The notes beneath the pieces were generated by a model. The model searched no databases. It saw nothing but the letters and a program-made list of their open reading frames with translations, and had not been told where the DNA came from. Shown piece after piece: positions 21,515 to 32,617 of a stretch of 64,000 bases of DNA (position 1 is the first letter of the stretch; the number at the start of each line of letters is the position of its first letter). This stretch comes from a virus (Duplodnaviria; Caudoviricetes). The translations under genes were made by a program, and so were the position numbers. The DNA lies in IMG/VR virus record IMGVR_UViG_3300010365_001248, positions 32,001 to 96,000 of that record. One strand, given 5' to 3'.

Positions 21515-24500
21515 AACTGTTATAAATAAAAAGAGAGAAGAAAAAATATTTGATATAAATAAAATTCATATAGCTATTCGTAAAAGTGCTGATAGAATTT
21601 TAGTTACTCTAAATGATTCAGATTGTATTAAAATTTCAGATGAAGTTATTAATATGATTGATACTGAAAAAATAGAAGTTTCTAAATTGCATAATATAGT
21701 TGAACAAGCTCTTGAAAAAACTGGTTTTAATAAAGTAGCAGATTCTTATAGACAATATCGAAATTATAAATTAGATCTCCAAAAAACAAAAGAAACGGCT
21801 AATAATGATATTCAAGCTACTTTTATGAGTATTATTAATGCTGTTAATAATGATATTACTAGAGAAAATGCAAATATGAATTCAGATTCTCCTGCAGGTA
21901 TGATGATGAAATTTGCAAGTGAATCAACTAAACCTTTTGTAAGTAAATATCTTTTGTCTGAAGATGTTTTACTTGCAGAATCTTTAAATTATTTACATAT
22001 TCATGATAAAGATTACTATCCAACTAAAAGTTTGACTTGTATTCAGCACCCTTTAGATAGAATTCTTGAAAAAGGATTTAAAGCGGGGCATGGAGAAGCT
22101 AGAGGAGCTAAAAGAATTGAAACTGCTAGTATTTTAGCAGCTATTTCAATGGAAACTGTACAAAATGAAATGCATAAATAATACTGTGCATACTATTAGA
22201 AATAATAGGTAAAAATAAAAATAACGTGAACTTGTTTATCAGCAAGGTGTGAAAGAAACCTTTAGGGTTATATAGGAAATGATATATTTATTCTTTTGCT
22301 AACAGGGGAAGACACGTCCAAGTTTATCCTGTGCCAAGTACTAGTTACCATAAAAGTATTAATAAAAACTAGTAACTAGTAAAGGTCAAGAGACTATCGA
22401 AAAGTTATATTTTGCATAAGAAAATAAACACTTAGTAGAGTAGGGTAGAGATTGATACTATCCGAAGTGCGTTACAACTTAACATTTGAAGGTGAAGTTG
22501 ATGATATAGTCCGTCCTAAATTTATATTTAGGAAGGGTGGACAAGCAATTCCAGCTTTTGATTTTTATATGGCACCTTATGTAAGAAAAACATTTAATGA
22601 AGAAATTCTCAAAATTAAAAATTTTATGTTTGATTCAAATATTAATTGGGAGAATTTAATGAATATTAAATTGAAAGATTATATAAAGAAGCCTTTAACT
22701 GATTGTAAAGATTTGTCAGAAAAAATCATACAACAAGCTATAAATAATACAGTAGATAGAGTTCATCAAGCTATGGAATCTTTTATTCATAATATGAATT
22801 CTATTCATTCTAGAGGAGGTAAAATATGATTGCCTCCCAAATATAGTAATATATTTGTAAAAAATCCCGTAAAATCGGTGAAGTCTAAAAATATTAGGAT
22901 TCCAATAATATTCAAGATAATACCGAGGTAAGTTCTAAGATTGCGAAAGGCTTGGAAACACCGTAGAGCATAGTGGGTGAATAAATATAATCCCGCCAAG
23001 AGTATGGGACCCCAAATATATTTGGGTGAAAATGTATGCCGAACTATAAAGAAATTTATAGAAATAAAGGATAAAAAACCTTTATGATAACAAAATTGAA
23101 TCAAGTTGTATTTAGTAGTATTAATTATGGTACTGATACTTCAGCTGAAGGTAGGTGTGTAATTAGAGAACTATTAATATCTACGGAACAAGGAGTAGGA
23201 AATAATGCTACAGCTATTTTTCCGATACAAATTTGGAAAACAAAAGAAGGTGTATCAATATTACCTACTGATCCTAATTATGATTTATATAAATTCGCTT
23301 GTAAAGTTAGTGCACGCAGATTTTTTCCAAATTTTTTAAATCTAGATGCTACTTTTAACAAAGATGATGCTTGGGATATTAATGATCCTAAACGTTATGA
23401 ACATGAAGTAGCTGCAATGGGTAAGTGAAAATGCAGCCCATTTAAAACCTTTTGAACCGTGCTAACGGGTGTGGAATAAACGATTTAGTTTAGATTAATA
23501 GTCTATTAATTATTCTGCTAACTGCTAGGTCCAATAATAGCAGTTCTAAAATTATTGGATGAGGCAGTGCCAAATCGCAAAATGCGAAAGTGTGAATCGA
23601 CTATCCCTGATGAGTGTAAGGGAGTAGAATTGGAGATAAGCACCAATTCGAAGCGGAAGGCTCTAGAAATAGAGAACATATAGTCAGTACTAATGGTGAC
23701 ATTAGATTAATACGTGTAGAACCAGAGTTTATGAAAATGCTTTTGGACCTAAAACTTCAATAGGTAGAGGTAATATTAGTTTTTCTACTATGAATTTAGT
23801 TAAATTAGCTATTGAGGTTTCAATTCAAGATGAATTTTTATATAAAGAAAATAATAATTGGAAATTTAATGAAAATAAAAATTCAATTGAAGATAAAAAT
23901 AGAAGGCTAGAAGCATTTTTAATTAAATTATCAAATTTAGTAACTATTACTACTAAACAATTACATCAACGTTTTGAATTTCAAAAAACTGCTTTGAAAA
24001 AACAATTTCCTTTATTAATGCAAGGACTTTGGAATGGTTCTGAATCTTTAAAAGATACAGATACTATCGAATCAGTTATTAATTCAGGAACCCTCGGTGT
24101 GGGCTTTATAGGTTTGGCTGAAACTTTGGTAGCTTTAACTGGAAAACATCATGGAGAATCTGAAGAAAGTCAAAAGTTTGGTTTAACTATAATTAAAAGT
24201 ATTAAAGATCAATGCGTTGAAGCTAGAGAAAAATATAAGCATAATTATGCTTGTTTAGCTACTCCAGCTGAAGGTTTATCTGGTAAATTTACTAAAATAG
24301 ATAAAAAAGAATTTGGAATTATTCCTGGAGTTATTGACAAAGAATATTATACTAATTCTAATCATGTTCCTGTAGAATATAAATGTAGTATTGAGCACAA
24401 ATTTAAAATCGAAGGACCTTATCATGAATTAATTACAGCTGGTCACATCGGATATTGTGAGATTGATGGAGATTTAACTAAAAATCCAGAAGCTATTATG

Positions 24501-24764
24501 GATATAGTTCAATTAGGTAGAAAATATAATATGGGATATATTTCTATTAATCATATACAATTGAGATGTCCTTATTGTAATTATGAATCTAACGAAAATT
24601 TAAATATTACAGAATGTCCGCATGATCATCATAAATTAGATATTTTGCAAAGAATTACTGGATATTTAGTAGGATCTACTGATCGTTGGAATTCAGGAAA
24701 ATTAGATGAATTACATAGAAGAATTAATCATAATTTATATGAAAATACTTCAAATAATTCCTAA
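21501..24764 (+). CDS. nrdD: anaerobic ribonucleoside-triphosphate reductase with ATP cone, 3 group I introns (exons 21501-22175, 22536-22820, 23099-23422, 23715-24764; about 777 aa)
   Basis: ENAN, HIHD, QNEMH|GGQ, SRGG|NQVVFSSINYGTD, MG|CRT, TPAEG, YTNSNH and RITGYL (glycyl radical site). Confidence 0.95.
22176..22535 (+). mobile_element. group I intron (360 nt), canonical P7
   Basis: P1 atgcat pairs with gtgcat; AGAGACTA and GATATAGTCC; short P9, then terminal G. Confidence 0.9.
22821..23098 (+). mobile_element. group I intron (278 nt), variant P7
   Basis: P1 ggaggt|aa pairs with ttgcctcc; GCATA/TATGC; ends GATAACAAAATTG. Confidence 0.9.
23423..23714 (+). mobile_element. group I intron (292 nt), canonical P7
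   Basis: P1 aatgggt pairs with gcccatt; TCGACTA and CATATAGTC; removal restores MGCRT. Confidence 0.9.
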
Positions 24765-25215
24765 TACTGTAGTAGATGGTCCTCATTTGAGGACCTCTAT
24801 TTATATTAGTGGTTGTAAACACAATTGTAAAGGATGTCATAATCCTCAATCTCATGATTTTAATGCAGGTATAGAAATTACAATTCAAGATTTAATAAAT
24901 AAAATTTTATCTTTAAATTGTAATTATATTACTTTAAGTGGAGGAGATCCTTTATATTCAGCTATTGAATGTTGTGAATTATGTAAAAAATTAAAAGAAT
25001 TAAATCCGAATTTTAATATTTGGGTTTATACTGGTTTTGAATTTGAATACGTAAAACATTTTGAAATTATGAAATATATAGATGTTTTATGTGATGGTCC
25101 TTTTATAGAAAGATTAAAAGATACTTCTTTACCTTTTAGAGGATCTTCAAATCAAAGATTAATAGATGTTCCAGCATCGTTAAAATCTGGTAAAATAATT
25201 TTATTTAATAATTAA
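24739..25215 (+). CDS. nrdG: anaerobic RNR activating enzyme (radical SAM)
   Basis: VDGP, CxxxCxxC (CKHNCKGC), SGGDP and RGSSNQR. Confidence 0.95.
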   Translation: MKILQIIPNTVVDGPHLRTSIYISGCKHNCKGCHNPQSHDFNAGIEITIQDLINKILSLNCNYITLSGGDPLYSAIECCELCKKLKELNPNFNIWVYTGFEFEYVKHFEIMKYIDVLCDGPFIERLKDTSLPFRGSSNQRLIDVPASLKSGKIILFNN

Positions 25216-25234
25216 TTTTAATTAAATTTGCACT

Positions 25235-25663
25235 ATGAAAATTTATTTAGCTAGTCCATTTTTTAATGAAACAGAAATTAATAATGTTAAAGCAGCAGCA
25301 GATGTACTAAGAATGCTAGGACATGATGTATATGTTCCTATGGAACATGAAAATAGAGAACTATCAAAATCAGATCCTGAAACTTTTAGTAAAACTACTT
25401 TTAAACTAGATGTTGATGCTATTAATGATGCTCAAGCAGTTGTAGCACTTTATTATGATAATTATAGTGATTCAGGTACAGCTTGGGAAATAGGTTATTC
25501 TTATGCTTTACATAAAAGACTAATTGTGGTACATATGGCAAATACACCTAGTAATTTAATGGTTCATGAAGCTGCTCACGCTAATATAAAAGGACTACTA
25601 AATTTAGGACTTTATGATTTTACAAATATGCCTTGGGTGCCTTGGGATGGTAAATTAATTTAA
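25235..25663 (+). CDS. nucleoside 2-deoxyribosyltransferase
   Basis: KIYLASPFF and DSGTAWEIGY motifs. Confidence 0.9.
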   Translation: MKIYLASPFFNETEINNVKAAADVLRMLGHDVYVPMEHENRELSKSDPETFSKTTFKLDVDAINDAQAVVALYYDNYSDSGTAWEIGYSYALHKRLIVVHMANTPSNLMVHEAAHANIKGLLNLGLYDFTNMPWVPWDGKLI

Positions 25664-25664
25664 A

Positions 25665-25841
25665 ATGAATATTTTTATTTTATTTTATAAAATAATTATA
25701 GGAAGTTTTGTTTTATTTATAACCTCCTATAGTATTTATATAAATTCTGTAGATCTAAATAATTTAGGAATTAAAAATGAAGATCAGAAATCATTAAAAT
25801 TAATGATTGCTTTTTTAATTCTTTTAGCAATTATCTTATAA
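25665..25841 (+). CDS. small two-helix membrane protein
   Basis: 58 aa hydrophobic ORF; TAATG overlap with the next small ORF. Confidence 0.5.
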   Translation: MNIFILFYKIIIGSFVLFITSYSIYINSVDLNNLGIKNEDQKSLKLMIAFLILLAIIL

Positions 25842-26014
25842 TGAGTAAAAATAAAACTATCTTTGTATCAAGAGAAAGTATGCGATTGAGATCAATCGTT
25901 AGAGCTAAATCTATCAATGATGCACTAGAAGAGCATCGTAAATCTAATTCTAAAGAATTACGTAATAGTAAAGATAATATTACTAAATTTGAAAAGAAAA
26001 AAGATTTTAGATGA
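25841..26014 (+). CDS. small basic hypothetical protein
   Basis: 57 aa ORF coupled to both neighbours. Confidence 0.5.
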   Translation: MSKNKTIFVSRESMRLRSIVRAKSINDALEEHRKSNSKELRNSKDNITKFEKKKDFR

Positions 26015-26277
26015 AATTAATTTTATGTCATTCTGATGATAATTGGGCAAATAAAATAATTGCTCAATTATCTAAAGATATTGAAATAGAATCTTACAAC
26101 GAATTTTATAAAAAAGAAAGAACAAAAGCGTTTAGAGTAAAAGGGGGGTTTGGTGCAAGAGCCACTCCTTTTGCTCTTTTTTATTACAATGATAAAATAA
26201 AACCTTTTTATTCTGAAACTTTAGATTGTACTGAAGAAAATATTATTAATTTTATTAAATCTATTAACAATGATTAA
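26011..26277 (+). CDS. thioredoxin/glutaredoxin-fold-like protein
   Basis: FGARATPF cis-Pro-like loop; lacks CxxC. Confidence 0.45.
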   Translation: MKLILCHSDDNWANKIIAQLSKDIEIESYNEFYKKERTKAFRVKGGFGARATPFALFYYNDKIKPFYSETLDCTEENIINFIKSINND

Positions 26278-26773
26278 TGTACGTGTAATTAAAAAAACTA
26301 TGAATGATCTTCCAAAAGAAGCTACTGTAGGTTCTGCAGGATTAGATTTTCAAGCTGATCTTTTGGAAATTAAAGAAAAATTTCTTTTCAATGCAGAAGT
26401 ACTAAAAGATCAAGAAGGTAATATTAAAGGTATTCTTATAATGCCTGGAGGTAGAGCACTTATTCCTACTGGAATTTATATGGATATGCCTGAAGGTATT
26501 TATATGGAACTTTTTGTACGTAGTGGTCATGCTATTAAACTAGGTATAATGTCATCAACTGGAGTATCTGTAATTGATACTGATTATCATCAAGAAATAG
26601 GTATTCCTCTTACTAATTTTGGAGACAAACCTTTCTTTATTGCTCAGGGTGATCGTATTGCTCAAGGAGTTTTTAAAAGAAAATTGGATATTAATTTTGA
26701 AGTAGTAGAAGATTTTAATATTCAAGAAGAGACACGTAACGGAGGTTATGGATCAACTAATCAAATTCAGTAA
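26270..26773 (+). CDS. dut: dUTPase (trimeric)
   Basis: GSAGLD, RSG, IDTDY, GDRIAQ and RNGGYGST motifs. Confidence 0.95.
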   Translation: MINVRVIKKTMNDLPKEATVGSAGLDFQADLLEIKEKFLFNAEVLKDQEGNIKGILIMPGGRALIPTGIYMDMPEGIYMELFVRSGHAIKLGIMSSTGVSVIDTDYHQEIGIPLTNFGDKPFFIAQGDRIAQGVFKRKLDINFEVVEDFNIQEETRNGGYGSTNQIQ

Positions 26774-27951
26774 TGAAACTAGTAACTAGAGATTCTAAAA
26801 ATAAAATTCGTGTTATTTATATTTCTTTGATAGAAGATATTAAAGATGTTTCTTATACTATTAAAAGAAGTAGTGGTCTACTAGAAGGAAAATTAATTAT
26901 ACAACCTGAGATTAAGATTACTAAAGGTAAAGTAAAACGTACTGTTTTTCAGCAAGCTGAACTTCAATTTAATAGTGAAGTTAAAAAGTTAAAAGACAAA
27001 GGATATAAAGAAATTTCTGTTAATTTATCTGTAGAAGAAATAGATAAGTTTTTAGGTCAAAATAAAACAGATTCAGAAGGTAATTATAAACCTATGCTTG
27101 CCAAAGCTTTAAAAGATTGTGATCAATCAAAAATTGATAATAAACAATGGTATATTTCTAGAAAAATAAATGGATTGAGATGTACTATTTGTAAACAAAA
27201 TGGTGTTTTACATGCTTTTGGTAGAGGTTCAAGTACTTATGATACTGCTATATCACATATTTTAAATCATCCTAAACTTATTGAATTCTTTGACAAAAAT
27301 CCTACTATTATTTTAGATGGAGAATGCTATAAACATGGTATTTATCTACAAGAAATTAGTGGTAAAATGAGGCAAGAATCTGAACAAATTCCTGAACTAG
27401 AATTTTATCTTTATGATGTTGTAGATCCTTCTAAAAAATTTACAGAAAGATTTAAACTTTTGCAACAAATTGAAAAGGATTTAGATTTATATTTTTTACC
27501 AGATAGAGAATGGAATGATAATGATTTAAAAATTCAAATTGTTCCTCAAGAACTTGTAAATAATTTAGATGAAATTAATGCTAAACATGATCAATTTGTT
27601 TCTGAAGGCTTTGAAGGAGCAGTTATTCGAGATCCAAATAGCTTGTATGTATGTGGCGGTAGAAATTTGTCCATGGTTAAAGTTAAACGATACTTGGATG
27701 ACTGTTTTACAGTTGTTGGAATACAACAAGGATTGCGTAAATATGATGATATGGTATTTGTTTTAAAAACTAAAGATAATTTATATTTTAATGCTAAACC
27801 TATGGGTAGTAGAGAATTAAAAATAGATTATACTGATAATTTTGAAACTAAATATAAAAATCATATTGGAGAATGTAAATTCTTTGAATATTCAAAAGAA
27901 AATATTCCTTGTCAACCTACGTTTATTTCTTTTAGATTTGATCTTGAATAA
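26773..27951 (+). CDS. ATP-dependent DNA ligase
   Basis: KPMLA, KINGLR (motif I), LDGE, YDVV, EGAVIR and KVK. Confidence 0.92.
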   Translation: MKLVTRDSKNKIRVIYISLIEDIKDVSYTIKRSSGLLEGKLIIQPEIKITKGKVKRTVFQQAELQFNSEVKKLKDKGYKEISVNLSVEEIDKFLGQNKTDSEGNYKPMLAKALKDCDQSKIDNKQWYISRKINGLRCTICKQNGVLHAFGRGSSTYDTAISHILNHPKLIEFFDKNPTIILDGECYKHGIYLQEISGKMRQESEQIPELEFYLYDVVDPSKKFTERFKLLQQIEKDLDLYFLPDREWNDNDLKIQIVPQELVNNLDEINAKHDQFVSEGFEGAVIRDPNSLYVCGGRNLSMVKVKRYLDDCFTVVGIQQGLRKYDDMVFVLKTKDNLYFNAKPMGSRELKIDYTDNFETKYKNHIGECKFFEYSKENIPCQPTFISFRFDLE

Positions 27952-27961
27952 ATAATAATTT

Positions 27962-28213
27962 ATGAAAAATATAACCAATTTATCTAATACTTATAATAAT
28001 GTAATTAAATTAGCAGATGATCTTTCAAAATTTATTAAAGATTATCAACCACAAAATGCTAATGATTACTTTGATAAAGACTTAATGGTGACTCAACTTA
28101 ATATATTACACAGTCTTGCTTGTACTTTAGCTATGCGTATTAATATTAATAGTGTACAAGAAGAACCTGAAGAGGCACCTATTATGGATAATGAGCCTTC
28201 TGTAAATGATTAA
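27962..28213 (+). CDS. hypothetical protein
   Basis: 83 aa ORF. Confidence 0.55.
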   Translation: MKNITNLSNTYNNVIKLADDLSKFIKDYQPQNANDYFDKDLMVTQLNILHSLACTLAMRININSVQEEPEEAPIMDNEPSVND

Positions 28214-29054
28214 AAAAGTAATTTTTACAGACCATTCTAATGATATACTAGTAAAATATTTTCATGATATTAATAAATATCCTATTCTATCAAATGATGA
28301 AATTAATCAACTTATTCCGTCGGCACAAAAAGGTAATGAACAATCAATTGATTTAATATGTAAATCAGTACTCCGTTTTGTTGTAACTATTGCAAAACAG
28401 TTACAATATAAAGGAGTACCTTTAATGGATTTAATATCAGAAGGTAATTATGGTATTTTAACTGCTATTAAAAAATATAAAGTAGAAAAAGAAATACCTT
28501 TTATTTACTATGCTATTCATTGGATTAAACAAAAGATGTATATTGCTATTTATGGAACTAATAAATCTATACGTATTACTTTTGTACAAAATATGCGTTT
28601 AAATAAGATTATTAAAGTTTCAGCTAAATTTATGCAAGAACATCAACGTGAACCTTCTGCTGAAGAATTAGAAGAATTAACTGGATTTCCTTTAAAAGAA
28701 ATTAAGATTTTATTACCTTATTTAGATAAAGTCAATTCTTTAGATACTATAATTGAATCTAATGATTCTGAAACAACTTTAGGAGAATTATTACCAGGAG
28801 ATTATATTGAACAAGATACTGATTTACATAAAGAATATGTAAATAAAAAACTTTATAAAGTTTTGAATAAATTAACTTTAAGAGAAAAAGCTGTTATTTG
28901 TTTAATATATGGAATACAATGTCAACAAATGTATTTACCTGATATTGCTAAATTATTTGGAGTTTGTGAAGAACGCATTAGGCAAATTAAAGAAAAAGCT
29001 TTATACAGATTGAAAAAATATAAACGTTATTTTATCGAAATAAATTATGCGTAA
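28206..29054 (+). CDS. sigma70-family (RpoD/SigA-like) RNA polymerase sigma factor
   Basis: Region 2 LRFVVTIAK...DLISEGNYG...YAIHWIKQ; region 3 REPSAEEL; region 4 ERIRQIKEKAL. Confidence 0.9.
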   Translation: MIKKVIFTDHSNDILVKYFHDINKYPILSNDEINQLIPSAQKGNEQSIDLICKSVLRFVVTIAKQLQYKGVPLMDLISEGNYGILTAIKKYKVEKEIPFIYYAIHWIKQKMYIAIYGTNKSIRITFVQNMRLNKIIKVSAKFMQEHQREPSAEELEELTGFPLKEIKILLPYLDKVNSLDTIIESNDSETTLGELLPGDYIEQDTDLHKEYVNKKLYKVLNKLTLREKAVICLIYGIQCQQMYLPDIAKLFGVCEERIRQIKEKALYRLKKYKRYFIEINYA

Positions 29055-29307
29055 GAAAGTTTTAATGAAAGGTCGCTATGGATTGAAACACTATTTAGTT
29101 GTAGATGAAGAAGATCCTAATCTATATAAATTGCAAACTGATAAAAAAACTAGTTATGTTTCAACTATAGGAGATAATTTTGATGATCTAGTAGCTGTTG
29201 ATCCTGAAGGTGGTCCTTATATTTCAAAAGGTAGTAAATTACTTAATAAAATTATTTCTTCTATTTATCAGGATGAAGATGGAACTATTTTTATTAGATT
29301 AGAATGA
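29047..29307 (+). CDS. hypothetical protein
   Basis: 86 aa; VDPEGGPYI motif. Confidence 0.65.
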   Translation: MRKKVLMKGRYGLKHYLVVDEEDPNLYKLQTDKKTSYVSTIGDNFDDLVAVDPEGGPYISKGSKLLNKIISSIYQDEDGTIFIRLE

Positions 29308-32300
29308 TTTACGCTATTTCAATTAATAAACCTCTTTACGATTGTGATGATATAAAATATATTTCTGTACAAGAAAGTATAGAAATATTGAATCAAATGT
29401 CTGTAATTCAAGTAGATAGCGAGACAAGTGGCTTAAATCTATACCTATCTAAACTTTTAACAGTTCAGTTAGGTAATGCTAAAGATCAAGTGGTAATTGA
29501 TACTCAGACAGTTGATATTAAACAATATAAATCTATTTTGGAAAGTAAAAAATTAATTCTTCATAATGCAAATTTTGATTTACAATTTTTGTATAAAGAA
29601 GGTATTATTCCAAGAAAGATTTATGATACTATGATTGCTGAACAAGTATTGTATTTAGGGTATCCTCCTGAACAAAAGAAATATAGTTTAGCTGATATTG
29701 CTCTATTTAGATTAAATAAAATAATGGATAAATCTATTAGAACAAATATTGCTAGACTAGGTTTTTGTGAAAGTGTAATACGCTATGGTGCAAAAGATGT
29801 TACTTTTCTAGAAGATATTGCTAAATCTCAAATAGCTGAAGCTCGTCAGAAAAAATGTGTAGATGCTATTATACTTGAATGTAAATTTGTACCTGCTATG
29901 GCTTATCTAGAATTTTGTGGAATTAAACTAGATGAAACAAAATGGAAAGCCAAAATGAAAAAAGATCAAACAGCTTTAAATGAATCTCAAGAAAAATTAA
30001 ATACTTGGTTACGAAATAAAGCTGCTAAAGATTCTAGGTTTAAAAAATTTATTCAGCAACAATTAAATTTATTTGGTTTTGAACCTGATATTTTATTAAA
30101 TTGGAATTCATCAGAACAAGTAGTAGAATTACTTAAATTACTTGGTTTTAATACTGAAGTTAAAGATAAAAAGACTGGAGAAACAAAAGATTCATGTCTT
30201 GAAAAAAATTTAGCTATTCAAAAAGGTATTGATGATGAATTTTTACAAATGTTTTTTGATTATAAAGGAGCTGTAAAAGTAGTATCTTCATTTGGTCAAA
30301 CTTTTTTAAATGCAATTAATCCTATTACGGGAAGATTGCACTTTCATTATAAATGTATAGGAACAGTTTCTAGTCGAATGTCTAGTGGTACAGGTAGAGA
30401 TGCTGAAATTGCTAGATATAAAGGACTTTTAGAGAAAGATTGTCCTAATCTAAATGGGCAACAATTACCTCATGATGCAGAAACTAGAGCTTGTTTCGTA
30501 TCTGAACCTGGAAATCTTTTCGTTTCGTGTGATTATTCGAGTTAAAAATTGACTTATAATTTAAACAAGATCAAATAATTAAATTATTTAATAAATTATA
30601 TTTAAATGCCCATGTATTTTTAAAAAGAAAATATATGAAATGGCTCGACTTTTATGAAAGTAAAAGAAATAAAATGGCTTAAACTGCGGGAACCAGAGGC
30701 AACTGCAATCCGCAACGAAACTTGTCCGCCTAAAAGGCAATTCCAAAGAGACAAGGACGCTCAGAGACTATAATAGCCACACCTAAGTATATTTATATAT
30801 ATGGTGAATGGATAGTCCAGCCTAGTCAGGCTGCAAGAAGGTTATATGCAAGCAGAAATATATGATGAACCTGTACTAAAAGAAATGTATCGTAATGGAT
30901 TAGATTCTCATAGTGTTAATGCTAAAATCTTTTTTAAAGACGAATTAAAAGATATTCCTATTGAAGATGTTAAAAAATTAAGACCAGATTTAAGATCTAA
31001 AGCTAAAGCTCCATTTTTTGCTCTTTCTTAATTGGTAAATTTGTCTTTTTGTTGTAAAAACAAAAAGTTATTACAGACTATTTAAATAAATTTTGTTTAA
31101 ATAGGAAAAAAACAAATTTTTGAGACTTATAGAAGTAATTCTATATGAAACATTGGGTGAATTGCTGGAAAGCTAAACATACTGTAAGTGCATGCCAATC
31201 AGCAGCTTAGTTAACGAAAAGCATAAAAGTAGTTAAAAAGTTCAACGACTAATCTTTGAGAAGCTTATCAATAAAAAGATCACGAGTGCCCAACTCCTTA
31301 ATAAAGGATGATGATATAGTCTGAGCTATATGGAAACATATAGAAATGTATTATAAACAAATACATGATAACATAACTGATGGAGGATCTGCTTCAACTT
31401 TAGTAACTTCTTTAGGTATTTCTAAAAAAGAAGCTCAGCAAATTGTAAATAACTATCAAGAAGGTTATAAAGCAACAATGGAATTTGCTAAAAGGGGAGA
31501 AGCTTTTGTCAAAAAATATGGATATATTTTAATTAATAAAATTACTGGTTTAAAACTATGGTGGTGGGATCATAAAAATTGGTTAGAAGAAGAATATTAT
31601 TTATGTGAACACCCTGAAGAAAGGCGATCTAAAAAATTTAGAACACACAATTCCGTATTAGCTCAATATAGTAGATATTCAAGAAATTATCCAAGTCAGG
31701 GTAAACAAAGACTGCCCTGGGTAAACTCCTTAAATTCGGTGAAAACTGAGATGTTAATACCGAGCCAAGTCTTTTAGTAATAAAAGAAAGGTGTAACGAC
31801 TAGTATATGGAATCCTTTTATAGGATAGTAAAATACCACGAAAAGGGAGATTATATTTTTACTTTTTGTAAAAATATATTAAGATATAGTCTGAACAATA
31901 ACGAAAAAGAAGTTATTGAATCTAAAGATAAAGAACTTTAGAGTTAACATATTTGAGTTCAGCTTCTATGACGAAAACAGCTGCTACAAATCTATTTAAT
32001 TGGATAGTTGATAATGGATATTTTGGTATTATTAAATTAGTTAGTATGGTGCACGATAAACATTTTGTTGTGGGTAAATAAGGTTAACTGCTGGGACATC
32101 TTAAAGATATTTTCACTACAATTTATTCTGAAAAGATAGATGAAAGTTTAAAAAGAAAATATATTATTATTATAATGAATAGACAATCAGCAACGTATAA
32201 CCTAAGTAATAAATTATTTATTATAAGGTTATATGCTCAGAGACTATCCGTCAATGGAGTAAGCTCCAAGAGGAGTTGAAAAGCCTTAATATAGATATTA

Positions 32301-32567
32301 ATTCTTTATCTAGAAAAATGCTTTCTAGTAAATTAAAACAAATATCTATATAAGATATAGTCCGATCTTAATAGAAATATTAAGAGATATTACGGAATCG
32401 GTAATATCGTAACACAAATGGAAATGTCCTGTGAATATCCTGATAAACCTGAATTTCAAGATTTTCCTAGAAGATTAGAAAATTTTATGATTGATGCAGG
32501 TAAAGTTTTTGTTACTTCTTTAGATATGAAAGCAGTAGCAGAAGTAGGAAATCATTGGATCCACTAA
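29304..32567 (+). CDS. polA: family A DNA polymerase with 3'-5' exonuclease, 4 group I introns (exons 29304-30542, 30834-31029, 31380-31702, 31956-32057, 32421-32567; about 668 aa)
   Basis: ExoI DSET, HNANFD, motif A DYSS|QE, motif B RSKAK..FALS-Y-GG, NYPSQG|SSA, motif C VHD|E. Confidence 0.95.
30543..30833 (+). mobile_element. group I intron (291 nt) in PolA motif A
   Basis: P1 tcgagt pairs with gctcga; TCAGAGACTA and GATAGTCC; minimal P9 AGCCT/AGGCT, then G. Confidence 0.88.
31030..31379 (+). mobile_element. group I intron (350 nt) splitting the motif B Tyr codon
   Basis: P1 tctt|aa pairs with ttgaga; TCAACGACTA and GATATAGTCT; T+AT gives Tyr. Confidence 0.88.
31703..31955 (+). mobile_element. 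group I intron (253 nt)
   Basis: P1 cagggt pairs with gccctg; ACGACTA and AAGATATAGTCT. Confidence 0.9.
32058..32420 (+). mobile_element. group I intron (363 nt) in PolA motif C
   Basis: P1 cacgat|aaa pairs with tttgttgtg; TCAGAGACTA and AAGATATAGTCC; removal restores VHDE. Confidence 0.9.
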
Positions 32568-32570
32568 TAT

Positions 32571-32604
32571 AAATGCCCTAAAATTAATCTTTTAGGGCAT
32601 TTTT
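32571..32604 (+). terminator. rho-independent terminator
   Basis: AAATGCCCTAAAA...TTTTAGGGCATTT hairpin followed by Ts. Confidence 0.8.
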
Positions 32605-32617
32605 AATTTTATTTTAT

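Noticed and set aside
7191-25865. Bacteroidetes -7 promoter matches TAnnTTTG at 7191, 25223 and 25858
   Set aside because: Expected by chance in AT-rich DNA; no convincing -33 element, and the spacing to start codons is poor.
1243-31777. Track ORF starts at 1243, 1743, 8563, 11133, 16655, 22452, 23084 and 31346 as independent genes
   Set aside because: Their start codons lie in intron 3' ends; they are downstream exons.
626-32420. Interruptions as group II introns, inteins or IS elements
   Set aside because: No GUGYG 5' ends, reverse transcriptase or transposase; the inserts contain stops; boundaries are U|...G| with P1 and P7 pairing.
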